DNA from: Bdellovibrionota bacterium
GTDB lineage: Bacteria > Bdellovibrionota_C > UBA2361 > OMII01
Length of the DNA stretch: 40,888 bases
Reading direction: 5' to 3'
Assembly (NCBI GenBank): GCA_044345405.1
Contig: JBIJBE010000033.1
Span: forward strand, 1 to 40,888
The position numbers and the translations under genes were made by a program. The notes beneath the pieces are model-generated. The model saw only the letters and a program-made list of their open reading frames with translations. It was not told the DNA's origin and ran no database searches. Shown one piece after another: positions 1 through 9,444 of the stretch; the first letter of the stretch is position 1; each line of letters starts with the position of its first letter.

Positions 1-2243
1 CGGTTGCCCTCGAGCCCGATAGTCGATCAGGTGCGATAGCGTGCACCGATCCGCAAACAGGCATCGTGCGGGTGAAGGACTCCCTTGAGGTTGCAACTCT
101 CGCGAAGGAGCTCGCGAATATCTCCGCGCGCGAGGTTATCCTTCCACGCTCATCGTTTGGTGATAAGGTCGATCGTCGCTCCTCGTGGGTCCGGTCGATT
201 GAGGGCGTGACGGGGTCGAATGCCGTAAAGTTTCGCACCGAGTCGGGCTCCTCAACTGAGCTTGCGGTGTCGCTGAGTGAATCGGCGCGCGCTGAGTTCC
301 ACGCACTCTCTCCGACCGGGAAGCGCGCGGTAAGAATTCTGCTCGGCTACCTCGATGAGGTCTCCCTCGGTAATGCCATACCGATCCGTGATCTCACTCC
401 GATCCGCACCTCTGGATGCGTGATCATCGACGCGGCCACGCGGAAGAACCTTGAGCTCGTACAGAACACAAAGGATGGCAGCTCGGTAGGCACGCTCTTC
501 GGATTTTTGAATTGCACAGCGACGCCGGGAGGCGCCCGCTTACTTCGTTCCTGGATCCTCGCGCCCCTCGACTCACGCTCTGAGATTATTGATCGTCAGG
601 ATGCGGTGAGCGACCTGATGTCGCATTCCGCAACGATCTCGTCGACCCTCGGTGGGCTCTCCGACCTTGAGCGCCTTGCTGCCCGCGTTGAGTTGAAGGT
701 CGCGAGCCCAAAAGATCTCGGTGCGATCCGTGACACCCTTGAGCGAGTTCCCGCACTTCGGGATGTTCTCGCTGATAGCTCAGCGAATCTTCTCGCGACA
801 CTCTCGAAAAATCTAATGCTCCCTCAAGGGGTCCTTGAGCACCTCAAGAAGGGGCTTGTTGATTCCCCTCCACACGTAACCAACGACGGTGGCGTTATTC
901 GCGACGGATACGATGAGGAGCTCGATGCTATTCGCGCTACCCGCTCTCAGGCCGATGAGTGGCGCTCGGCGTTTGAGGCGCGTGAGAAAGCGGCGACCGG
1001 CATCTCAAACCTCAAGGTGAAGTCCAACAACATTATCGGCTATTTCCTTGAGATTCCGACCTCGCAGTCGTCGAAGGCTCCGCAGCACTACATTCGGCGA
1101 CAGAGCACCGCGAACGCGGATCGCTTTACCACCCCGGATTTGAAGACCCACGAGGACGCGGTCGTGACGGCGGTAGACCGACAGGTTCGAAGGGAGCAGC
1201 TCCTCTTCACAGCGCTTCGCGATAGTTTGATTCCGGTCGTCGGAGAGTTGCGACGGATCGCTTCAGCGATGGCTACTATCGATGTGCTCGCGGCGCTTGC
1301 GCAAACCGCTCAGAAGCATGCGTGGATCCGTCCGGAGATTACGGAGGATGTCACCCTCTCGATCCGGAAAGGGCGCCATGCGATCGTTGCGGCCCTTCTG
1401 GATGGAAGCTTTATTCCGAACTCGGTTGAGTTTAGCGATGAGGGTGGTCGGTGCTTTATCGTGACTGGGCCGAACATGGGTGGTAAGTCGACCTATCTTC
1501 GACAGACGGCGCTTATCGTGGTTCTCGCGCAGATCGGGGCCTACGTGCCCGCTGAGCGGGCAGTTGTGGGGCTCGTGGATCGGATATTCGCGCGCCTCGG
1601 AGCGTCGGACGACCTTCATGAGGGTGAGTCTACGTTCATGGTTGAGATGCGTGAGGCTTCTCACATATTGAGTCACGCTTCGCCACGTTCGCTCGTGCTG
1701 ATTGATGAGCTGGGGCGGGGGACCGCAACGACCGATGGTCAGTCCCTAGCGCAGGCTATCCTTGAGCATCTGGCGTTGAGCCTTGAGAGTAGAACCCTCT
1801 TCGCGACCCACTACCACGAGATTACGGCGCTTGCGGAGCTCTCACCAAAAATTAAAAACCTCTCCGTAGGCTCTGTGGAGGATGGTGATCGGGTCGTCTT
1901 CACGCACGAGATCCAAGAGGGTCCCGCGCCGCGATCGTATGGTATCGAGGTTGCGAAGCTTTCAGGGTTGCCGAACTTTGTGATCGAACGAGCCTCTGAG
2001 ATTCTTTCACTTCTCGCCGAAAAGCAGTCGGGACACTCCCCGGTGACGGTACCGGTTCGCCCAGTCCGGGCTAAGCAGGACGACGGGCGTCAGCAGAGCC
2101 TCTTCGGCGCCGCGCCGCAGGTTGTGCGAGACGCCGTTGCTGACAGGGTTAAGGCGCGAGTAAAGGAGCTCGATGTGGATACCTTGAGTGCGAGGGATGC
2201 GCTTCAGTGCCTCTATTCCCTGAAAGAGATCGTTGAGGGGTAG
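1..2243 (+). CDS. mutS: DNA mismatch repair protein MutS (5' end outside the window)
   Basis: Walker A TGPNMGGKSTYLRQ, ESTFMVEM, LIDELGRGT, LFATHYHE and SYGIEVA motifs. The frame is open from nt 3 (VALEPDSRSGAIACTDPQTG), so the true start lies upstream of the window. Confidence 0.97.
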   Translation, partial: VALEPDSRSGAIACTDPQTGIVRVKDSLEVATLAKELANISAREVILPRSSFGDKVDRRSSWVRSIEGVTGSNAVKFRTESGSSTELAVSLSESARAEFHALSPTGKRAVRILLGYLDEVSLGNAIPIRDLTPIRTSGCVIIDAATRKNLELVQNTKDGSSVGTLFGFLNCTATPGGARLLRSWILAPLDSRSEIIDRQDAVSDLMSHSATISSTLGGLSDLERLAARVELKVASPKDLGAIRDTLERVPALRDVLADSSANLLATLSKNLMLPQGVLEHLKKGLVDSPPHVTNDGGVIRDGYDEELDAIRATRSQADEWRSAFEAREKAATGISNLKVKSNNIIGYFLEIPTSQSSKAPQHYIRRQSTANADRFTTPDLKTHEDAVVTAVDRQVRREQLLFTALRDSLIPVVGELRRIASAMATIDVLAALAQTAQKHAWIRPEITEDVTLSIRKGRHAIVAALLDGSFIPNSVEFSDEGGRCFIVTGPNMGGKSTYLRQTALIVVLAQIGAYVPAERAVVGLVDRIFARLGASDDLHEGESTFMVEMREASHILSHASPRSLVLIDELGRGTATTDGQSLAQAILEHLALSLESRTLFATHYHEITALAELSPKIKNLSVGSVEDGDRVVFTHEIQEGPAPRSYGIEVAKLSGLPNFVIERASEILSLLAEKQSGHSPVTVPVRPVRAKQDDGRQQSLFGAAPQVVRDAVADRVKARVKELDVDTLSARDALQCLYSLKEIVEG

Positions 2244-2328
2244 GGTCTCTCAGGCGAGCGACGGTCCGTTGCGGGGTAGTGGTGGAGTGGGTATTCTGGT
2301 CCACACGTTTCAAGGAATTACGACGCTC

Positions 2329-3669
2329 ATGGCTACCCGCCTTCTCCTCGGATTCTTGCTTCTCTGGCTATGTGGTGCCCCCGTGTCGGCACGCTCTGAG
2401 GTATTTCCCGTTGGCGCGCACGCTCGCGCCGAGTACCTCCGCCTCCGAAACCTCGATCCGTCCGGAGATGCCCCGTTGCACGCCGCGAAGTGGGTGCGGC
2501 TCGCCGAGGAGATGAACGGCATCTACCTCAAGTCGGTTAACACGATGCCCTCACGAGACCTCTACTTCGCAGCGGACACCCATATGCGGGTATATCGGGC
2601 GAATCGCTCACCTGGATACCTCAAACGGGGAAAGGTTATCGTCGATACGCTGATCGAACGATACTCCTCGGTGGTCCCTGAGTACGGTCACGCGCTTGTC
2701 TTGCGGGGAGATATCGGAGTTGCTGAAGGCGATAGCGACAGTGGGGTGGCCAAATGGTACGAGCGAGTAGGGAGCGCGGATCCACATCTTGCTCCCCGCG
2801 CTCAATCAAGGATTCAGTCCCTGACGAATCATACCTTTTCGAAATGTCTCCCCTCCTCGGATCTTGAGGTTCCTCGCTTGGCGGCAAATCGTAGTCGCTC
2901 GGCGCGAAAGATCACGAAGCGGATCGTTCTTGACCCAGGCCACGGTGGGTTCGACGCGGGGGCTGTCGGAAAAGGTGGTCTTGAGGAGAAGGAGTTGACC
3001 CTTGAGTTCGCGCGCCGGGTCAAATCGATCCTTGAGCGCGATAGTTCTATCGCCGTCCATCTGACCCGTACCGACGACACCTTCGTGCCGCTTGCTCGAC
3101 GCACGGGGTACGCTAACTCTCGAAAAGGGGATGCCTTTGTGAGCCTTCACCTAAACGCCTCTCCATCGCACCAGTTGCGCGGTATTGAGTCGTACTACCT
3201 CGACACAACCGATGATGAGGCGAGTCGCCTTCTGGCGGAGCGTGAAAACGGGGTGGTTCCGGGCGGTGCAGTGGATGACCTCACCTTTATTCTGAGCGAC
3301 CTAATCCAGAGCGGAAAGCTCGAGGAGTCCGTTGAGCTCTCGCACTACCTCGAGTCGGCGGTGCATCGGGTATCGCTGACCTCGTACCCCGAGAGTAAGA
3401 GTCATGGGGTAAAAAAAGGGCCCTTTTATGTGCTAGTTGGGGCTCATATGCCGTGTACCCTGATAGAGCTCTTCTTTATTGATAACCTTGGCGACGGGGC
3501 TAAATTGGCAACGGATTCGTTCAGGTCTATAGTATCCGAGGGGTTAGCCCAGGGGCTGCGCCGCTTCGCCCGGGGTGAAGTTGGTGGTACCGCGGTGGTC
3601 ACCGCGCAGTCACCTAACCAGCCGGCAAAGCCGGCGAAAAAGCGCTCGCGTAAAGGCGCGAAGAAGTAA
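2329..3669 (+). CDS. N-acetylmuramoyl-L-alanine amidase (Amidase_3) with signal peptide and helical N-terminal domain
   Basis: IVLDPGHGGFDAGA, EKELTL, FVSLHLNAS and TLIELFFI Zn-amidase motifs. I prefer ATG 2329 (AAGGA upstream, followed by a hydrophobic signal peptide) over the track start 2233, which overlaps mutS. Confidence 0.92.
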   Translation: MATRLLLGFLLLWLCGAPVSARSEVFPVGAHARAEYLRLRNLDPSGDAPLHAAKWVRLAEEMNGIYLKSVNTMPSRDLYFAADTHMRVYRANRSPGYLKRGKVIVDTLIERYSSVVPEYGHALVLRGDIGVAEGDSDSGVAKWYERVGSADPHLAPRAQSRIQSLTNHTFSKCLPSSDLEVPRLAANRSRSARKITKRIVLDPGHGGFDAGAVGKGGLEEKELTLEFARRVKSILERDSSIAVHLTRTDDTFVPLARRTGYANSRKGDAFVSLHLNASPSHQLRGIESYYLDTTDDEASRLLAERENGVVPGGAVDDLTFILSDLIQSGKLEESVELSHYLESAVHRVSLTSYPESKSHGVKKGPFYVLVGAHMPCTLIELFFIDNLGDGAKLATDSFRSIVSEGLAQGLRRFARGEVGGTAVVTAQSPNQPAKPAKKRSRKGAKK

Positions 3670-3674
3670 TCGAT

Positions 3675-4328
3675 ATGCTTAACGTAGAAACGATTCCAGT
3701 TACTGAGTTCGGTCAGAACGCTCGTATTTTGTGGTGCTCCGAGACGAAGGATGCGGTCATCGTCGACCCAGGCGGTGAGGCGGAGAAGATCCTTGCAGCT
3801 GCGAAGCGGCTCGGAGTGACCGTGACAGCGGTGTGGCTCACCCACTCGCATCTGGATCACTGTGGGGGAGTCGCGCCCCTCCTGCTTGCCCACGACGTTC
3901 CCTTGGTTGGACACCCTGAGGAGCGAATGATGCGAAACAACGTGGTTTCGGTTGCGCATTTATACGGCATGTCGCCCACAGAATGGCACAACTGCCCTGA
4001 ACCTACCGTGTACGTTCGTGGTGGTGAGACCCTCTCGATTGGAAACTCCTCGTGCGTTGTACTCTTTACCCCGGGGCATTCTCCAGGTCACGTAAGTTAC
4101 TATTTTGAGAGGGATGGCATCGTCGCGAGCGGTGATGTGCTCTTCGCTGGTTCGATTGGGCGAACGGATCTTCCAGGTGGCGATACGAAGACGTTGCTCG
4201 ACGCGATTCGTCGAGAGATCTTTACCCTTCCTGCCGCCACCCGTGTTCTTACAGGGCATGGGCCCGATACCACCGTTGGTGAGGAGAAGGCTTCGAATCC
4301 CTTCTTTACGGGAGCGGAGCATGACTAA
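3675..4328 (+). CDS. MBL-fold metallo-hydrolase (glyoxalase II/YcbL-like)
   Basis: THSHLDHCGG (HxHxDH), TPGHSPGH, GDVLFAGSIGRTDLPGG and GHGPDTT motifs. Confidence 0.93.
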   Translation: MLNVETIPVTEFGQNARILWCSETKDAVIVDPGGEAEKILAAAKRLGVTVTAVWLTHSHLDHCGGVAPLLLAHDVPLVGHPEERMMRNNVVSVAHLYGMSPTEWHNCPEPTVYVRGGETLSIGNSSCVVLFTPGHSPGHVSYYFERDGIVASGDVLFAGSIGRTDLPGGDTKTLLDAIRREIFTLPAATRVLTGHGPDTTVGEEKASNPFFTGAEHD

Positions 4329-5532
4329 AGGACGCCGCACACGGGTCGTCCTCGGTGTGACCGGTTCGATCGCGGCGTACAAGGCCGCTGAGGTCGCTCG
4401 CCACTTCATGAAGCGGGGATGCGTCGTGCGTGTTGTGATGACCGACTCGGCGGAGAAGTTCATCTCGCCCCTTACCTTTGAGTCGATCACCCAACAGCCG
4501 GTTCTGAAAACGTTCTGGGAGGAGACCCAACCGGGTGCTATCGGGCACATCGCGCTCGCTGATTGGGCGGATGCTGTAGTGGTTGCTCCGGCTTCGGCTG
4601 ATTTTATCGCGAAAGCGGCTTTTGGGTTCGCGGAGTCGCCTCTCTTGGCGGTGCTCCTCGCGACGAAGGCTCCAATGGTGATGGCGCCGGCGATGAATGT
4701 GAATATGTACGAGCATCCGCAGACGCAGGAAAACATCAGCACCCTCGCGGCTCGGGGTGTGACCTTTGTTGATCCTGACTCCGGTGATCTGGCGTGTGGA
4801 TGGAAGGGGCGGGGGCGTCTCGCCGAAGCGAGTGAGATCTACTTTGAAACGCGCCGCGCCCTTGGGCCGAAGGATCTCCTCGGGCAGCGGGTTGTTATCT
4901 CCACCGGTCCGACCCGAGAGGCGATCGATCCGGTTCGGTTTATCTCGAATCGCTCCTCCGGAAAGATGGGACTTGCGCTCGCTCATGAGGCGTATCGACG
5001 TGGGGCGCAGGTGACGGTTGTGCATGGACCCCTCGCATCGACCCCTCGGCTTCCTCGATTGATGAAACGGATATCGGTCACGAGCGCGGCGGAGATGCGC
5101 GAGGCGATTCTCTCGCAGGTTGGAACATCGCCGGATGTGGTTATCATGGCGGCGGCGGTGGCTGATTACCGGCCCGCGTCGGTCGCGAACGAGAAGATTA
5201 AGAAGTCGACGAACCCTTCATCGATCGAACTTTCACCGAATAGCGATATCTTGCTCGAAGTTGGTGAGCGAAAGGGGAGATCGGCTCGTCCTTTTTTAGT
5301 TGGCTTCGCTGTTGAGACGGGTACTCATGAGGAGCTCATCGCTGAGGTGAAGCGGAAGCTCGACCGAAAGAACGCGGACCTTATGGTCGGCAACCTGGCG
5401 CAGGATTCCTTCGACAAGGACACGAACCGAGTGTGCATCGTGCGTCGCTCGGGTGAGAGCGAATCACTCGATACGGCCCGTAAGAGCGTTATCGCTCGGC
5501 GAATCTTTGACGGTATCGTCGCAAAGGGATAA
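4321..5532 (+). CDS. coaBC: Bifunctional phosphopantothenoylcysteine decarboxylase/synthetase CoaBC
   Basis: LGVTGSIAAYKA, APAMNVNM, LACG, GPTREAIDPVRFISNRSSGKMG and AAAVADY motifs. ATG 4321 follows GGAG and overlaps the upstream stop. Confidence 0.96.
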   Translation: MTKGRRTRVVLGVTGSIAAYKAAEVARHFMKRGCVVRVVMTDSAEKFISPLTFESITQQPVLKTFWEETQPGAIGHIALADWADAVVVAPASADFIAKAAFGFAESPLLAVLLATKAPMVMAPAMNVNMYEHPQTQENISTLAARGVTFVDPDSGDLACGWKGRGRLAEASEIYFETRRALGPKDLLGQRVVISTGPTREAIDPVRFISNRSSGKMGLALAHEAYRRGAQVTVVHGPLASTPRLPRLMKRISVTSAAEMREAILSQVGTSPDVVIMAAAVADYRPASVANEKIKKSTNPSSIELSPNSDILLEVGERKGRSARPFLVGFAVETGTHEELIAEVKRKLDRKNADLMVGNLAQDSFDKDTNRVCIVRRSGESESLDTARKSVIARRIFDGIVAKG

Positions 5533-5536
5533 CTCG

Positions 5537-5992
5537 ATGAAGCCAAATACCCCGGAACAACTTGCTCGATTGCTCGATCAAATGTCCGCCTCGTATCCGA
5601 ACGGAATTCCTCGTGACCTTATAAGGGTCGTGGCGGAGGCCGAGCACGCTGATGACGCGCCGAGTTCCGCGCCTCGTTTTCATATCTTCGTTGTCGGTGA
5701 TGAGGGAACGACCTCAGATGCCGCGCATGAGCTGTTAGGTGGCATCACTTCGAAGGGGTTAAAGATCTCCAGGGGTGAGTTTCAGCTCTCCTATGCTTCG
5801 AATGATGCCGTCGAAGATCTCGCTCTTTCCAGCGTCTCGCCCCACGTGATCGTGTTTGGAATGGGTGGACGGTCGGGATGGGGAGAACGCTCGAGCGGGT
5901 CAGCGGTATTATTTGCGCCACCCCTTGATGGGTTGGTCGGCGACGCGGGGCTTAAGAAAGCTCTTTGGCGGGATCTTCAGGCGCTTTTGTAG
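5537..5992 (+). CDS. Degenerate uracil-DNA glycosylase family 4-like / HolD(psi)-like protein
   Basis: Directly follows coaBC. FVVGDEG, AAHELLGGITSKGLKISR, PHVIVFG and LKKALWRDLQ echo the UDG-4 segments FVGEGPG, AGQLL..M, PKVIVALG and K...W.DL. No Cys cluster and no HP motif. Confidence 0.55.
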   Translation: MKPNTPEQLARLLDQMSASYPNGIPRDLIRVVAEAEHADDAPSSAPRFHIFVVGDEGTTSDAAHELLGGITSKGLKISRGEFQLSYASNDAVEDLALSSVSPHVIVFGMGGRSGWGERSSGSAVLFAPPLDGLVGDAGLKKALWRDLQALL

Positions 5993-6061
5993 CATCTGCC
6001 TACGAGGGTGCTTTGTGTTCAAAAAGGAAGACGCGAACAGATCATTGTAACCTTAGGAAAG

Positions 6062-6112
6062 GTGAGCGCGGCCGTCATATGTCATGGTGACAGTATGACG
6101 GCCGCGATTCAC
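6062..6112. terminator. Long hairpin between convergent genes
   Basis: CGCGGCCGTCATA (6067-6079) pairs with TATGACGGCCGCG (6094-6106), with an inner TGTCA/TGACA stem. No clear U-tract. Confidence 0.6.
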
Positions 6113-6535
6113 TTATGCGTCTGAGAGGGGTTTGGCTCTCAGTATACGTCCGACGAGTGCGTTCACAGGTACCAGAGCGATGCCTGCGAAGAATGCTCCG
6201 TAAAGAGCACCGCCGCTCACAATCGCGATCACCTGACTGATTGACACTGGGTGTCTCAAGCTAGCGAGGGCCATGTAGGCACCGTATCCAGCTGTGATCC
6301 ACATCAGCGTCTGCGCCACTGGTTTCATCCGCGGGGTTATGGTGTAGCACAGAAGCGCTGCGCCCATGCCGAGGGTAATCCCCCCGACAAGGTCGAGCAG
6401 CATCTTGCTAAGATCACCTTGATAACCGCGGAACCAGGTGGCGCCTGTAGCGATCACCCCGAGGAGCGCAAACGCGATAGTTGTTTTCGTGATTCCTGGG
6501 GCGATGTCGTCGTTCGATGTATGTTTCGTTTTCAT
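6113..6535 (-). CDS. Hypothetical membrane protein (about 4 TM helices)
   Basis: Four hydrophobic segments. ATG 6535 preferred over TTG 6556; start uncertain. Confidence 0.7.
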   Translation of the reverse strand: MKTKHTSNDDIAPGITKTTIAFALLGVIATGATWFRGYQGDLSKMLLDLVGGITLGMGAALLCYTITPRMKPVAQTLMWITAGYGAYMALASLRHPVSISQVIAIVSGGALYGAFFAGIALVPVNALVGRILRAKPLSDA

Positions 6536-7086
6536 GGGTTTGTGTGAGATGTCCAACGTGAACCCGCGAGTAGGTGTTGTTACGGTATCCGGTCCGCTTA
6601 CAACGCTACCACGGTATCAGTTGGGGATTCTTCCTCCGAAGCACGGGGAAAGAGGCCCCAACTGATACTCTCAACTAAAATCCTTTCGATCTGTTCGCGT
6701 CGTAGTCAGCCCACACCTTACAGGATGGTAAAAAAGATTTCCTGTTGCGCATTTCGATAGTTTGACTGCAACTTCGTTGGAGACGCCAAAAAATCCTCAA
6801 CGTATCTCAGAGGATACGTCTCCGGTTTTTTCGTCATCTCCGCCTCGTTTCGTCCAAACTCTCAAAATGCTCACGACGGAACCATTTTTCACCACCCTGC
6901 TACAGGCGCGCGCTCACCACGACGCGAACTTTTCTCTACTTCTACCCGACCGACGATACAAGGACCTAGTCCCCCCACATTCGTTATGGTGAGGGCGCAT
7001 AGTGGGGTGCTGTAGCGCTAAGAGCCTCGCGGGAGTGGACACTATAGCTACCATTGTTCAGGGGTTTGGAGGTACGGGAAGGCGTC

Positions 7087-8097
7087 CTAGGATCGATTGA
7101 GGTTCATACCGAGGTCGGCCGGCCCAAATCCGTGCGGAAGGAGCGCGCTTGGAGTTGAGATCGTAGCGCTCTCCTCCCCCTCTTTGTTGAGGTAGACGGG
7201 AAGGGAGTCAGCCTGGCCGAACAGGCTCGCGAACTCAAAGAGGATCTGTCGATCCTCTCCGGTAGGTAGTCCGCTGCGTGACGAAATAAGAACGGCTTCG
7301 ATAGCGCGCGGATGGGAAAGTAGTGTTGCCGAGATCGTAGCGCGTAGGGAGCTCGTGCCGTAGAAGGCGAGGCTGTCCACGCGCGGAAGTGAGAGGACGG
7401 TGCCGTTGGCGGAGATCGCCGCGACGGAGCGACCTAAGATAGATTCTGAGAAGGGGATAAATCCGGCGTGTCGAGAACCTTCTGCCGCTTTAAGGAGCGA
7501 TTGCAACCGCGGCTCCTCTTTGTGTGGCGCTGGAAAGCGGGCGAGCGAGGAGATGTCGCGCGGCAAGAGATCAGAGAGCTTCCACATCGTTGCCGTCGTA
7601 TCCGTTCCTGCGGATACGATGATGACCTCCGGTTGGCCGTAGGTTTCGAGGAGCGAACGACATTTTCCGCACGACGTGGAGGGCGTAGGAGCGTCGGATG
7701 ATAACGCGACCATCTCAACGAGGGTGTCCCGCCCGTGGTGGTTCAGTGCGTTTACGATGGCGACCTCCTCAGAATGTATCCCTTCGTCATAGGCCATGCG
7801 GGGACCGGCGCCGTACTCGGCGTTCGATCCGGTGGCGAGTCGGCCGTCACCGCAGTACACGCTCGATCCGACCTTAAAATTGCTCCGGAATGGCGACGCG
7901 GCGAAATATTGTTGGTGTCGCGCGTGGTCCAAAAGAACGCACGCTCTGGAGAGCTCCTCATCGGTGAGATTGAAGCGGTTCTCGATCGTCCATTTATGTT
8001 CCTGTATGTGGATTAGCTCCGGCGGCGCGCTTGTTACGGGGATGAATGGAGGACTTGAGATGGCGCTTCGGTGAACGAGGTGATGACGCTGTGGCAT
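7087..8097 (-). CDS. cdd: Two-domain cytidine deaminase-family protein
   Basis: Domain 1 has SNFKVGSSV, GSNAE, HSEE (HxE) and SCGKCR (CxxC). Domain 2 is a degenerate repeat (LPTGEDRQILFEF, LLPHGFGPADL). Start uncertain (8097 or 8133). Confidence 0.8.
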   Translation of the reverse strand: MPQRHHLVHRSAISSPPFIPVTSAPPELIHIQEHKWTIENRFNLTDEELSRACVLLDHARHQQYFAASPFRSNFKVGSSVYCGDGRLATGSNAEYGAGPRMAYDEGIHSEEVAIVNALNHHGRDTLVEMVALSSDAPTPSTSCGKCRSLLETYGQPEVIIVSAGTDTTATMWKLSDLLPRDISSLARFPAPHKEEPRLQSLLKAAEGSRHAGFIPFSESILGRSVAAISANGTVLSLPRVDSLAFYGTSSLRATISATLLSHPRAIEAVLISSRSGLPTGEDRQILFEFASLFGQADSLPVYLNKEGEESATISTPSALLPHGFGPADLGMNLNRS

Positions 8098-8148
8098 GGC
8101 GCTACGATGCCACGGTTCGCGTAGGTGCGGCAACTCAGGGTGGATCTG

Positions 8149-9001
8149 TTAGGAGTTGGCGAATGTGAGCCTTGTTGGGACGGGGCCCGGTCTAACGCCT
8201 CCGGTTGGTGTTGGGTTTTTTTTCGGTGTTACGGTTGGTGGTGTAGGTGGCTTTTGAGCTGGAGCGGTCCCGGGGGTCTCAGTGGGCGCGCTCGTTGGGG
8301 CTTTGGTTGGCTCGACGGACGGTTGAGGGGTTGGCTTTGGGGTAGAGGTCGCTGGGTTCGCGGTGGGTGTCGGTGGTGCGGTGTTGGTGTCTTTTGGGGT
8401 TGGTGTGTTGGTCTGCGTTGGCGTCGGTGTAGTTGTTGGTGTGGGGGTGGCGATGTTTGGTACGATTCCGCCGACACGAACCGTATACGATCCGACGCTT
8501 GAGTAAAATGAGGTAGGTGCCTTTGGAAGTTTTCGAAAATGAGTACGAGAGGTTGTTTTTGTTGGCGAGCAGAAGTCCGCTGTTGAATGAACCGTCGGCG
8601 TTGTAATCGAAGTGAAGGATAGCCGGCGTCCCGTCCGGTGCTCTGAGCGTTACGCCCATCGCTGAGCGCTGAGGGTCGCGGAAGGTGAGCGCGACCTCTC
8701 CAAGCAAGGGGTTTCCGGCGGGAAGCGAGAACGTTATCCGCGACCCTTTTTCCTTGATCTGAGAACCATCGACGAATTGAATGGTCTCCAACTCGAGGAT
8801 TGGGAATGGTCCCTCGGCCAAAAAGGCCCCGGGAACCCGATATAATCCCAGCATGTCGCCTTTTACTACCTCGCCGACATCACCCTCGGTGGCCGTCGGT
8901 CTCTCATCAGCTCGTACGCTAGAAGGTTCTGCACCGCCCAAGAGAGAGAGTGAGGCCACTACGGCATATATGACGATTTGACCAACTCGACGGCTCATCA
9001 T
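8149..9001 (-). pseudogene. Exported protein with Pro/Thr-rich C-terminal tail, split by an apparent frameshift near 8505
   Basis: The N-terminal frame has a signal peptide, then turns into H/Q/N-rich text. The adjacent frame reads YSSVGSYTVRVGGIVPNIATPTPTTTPTPTQTNTPTPKDTNTAPPTPT... to TAA at 8149-8151. Confidence 0.7.
8200..8452 (-). repeat. Low-complexity ACN/CCN (Thr/Pro codon) region
   Basis: G/T-rich on the + strand; encodes TPTP-type repeats on the - strand. Confidence 0.8.
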
Positions 9002-9444
9002 GTACGAATGCTTTCCTGCCGTAACAGTTGGACATCATTTCGATAAAGTTGATAGTTGGGCGCGCTACGATGCCGGACAGCCGCAGATCAGAAAGGTATG
9101 TGAACTAATGTATTGATTTGCGGTCCATCGCGTTGCGCGCAATCCCTCGGCGCTCACCTTTTGGGCCGGGCCGTCTTTGTGGCGAGCGCGGTTGGCGTTG
9201 GGCTCGGGACCTCGGTTGGATAGGCCTTTACCTCGCAGCCAACGGCACAACCGACAAGGCAATTAAAAATCCGGGGGGTGAAGCTGTTTGCACTGGCGAT
9301 AGAGGTAGCTCCGGCTTGGGACAAAAAGGCCTCAAAGGTGCTGATTCGAACTTTTAGCGATTGGGAATTTTGTGAGGACTATCTTGGCACTATTCGGTGG
9401 CGTGATACCGTTCCCGGGCGGGACTAGGAATCGGATAGGTCACT

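Noticed and set aside
3960-5025. Long antisense ORFs (260 and 239 aa) over the MBL hydrolase and coaBC genes
   Set aside because: Shadow frames of well-supported genes in GC-rich DNA, with no motifs. The same applies to most short track ORFs.
6762-6992. 76-aa + strand ORF in the intergenic gap
   Set aside because: TTG start, no RBS, no recognisable features.
8125-8502. 125-aa Trp/Gly/Cys-rich + strand ORF and 82-aa Pro/Gln/His - strand ORF
   Set aside because: By-products of the Thr/Pro codon repeats read in other frames.
9060-9440. Intergenic stems (CCGCAGATCA/TGATTTGCGG; TCGGTTG/CAACCGA) as a possible ncRNA or riboswitch
   Set aside because: They match no RNA family I recognise, and such stems are expected by chance at this GC content. 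An Rfam/Infernal scan would settle it.
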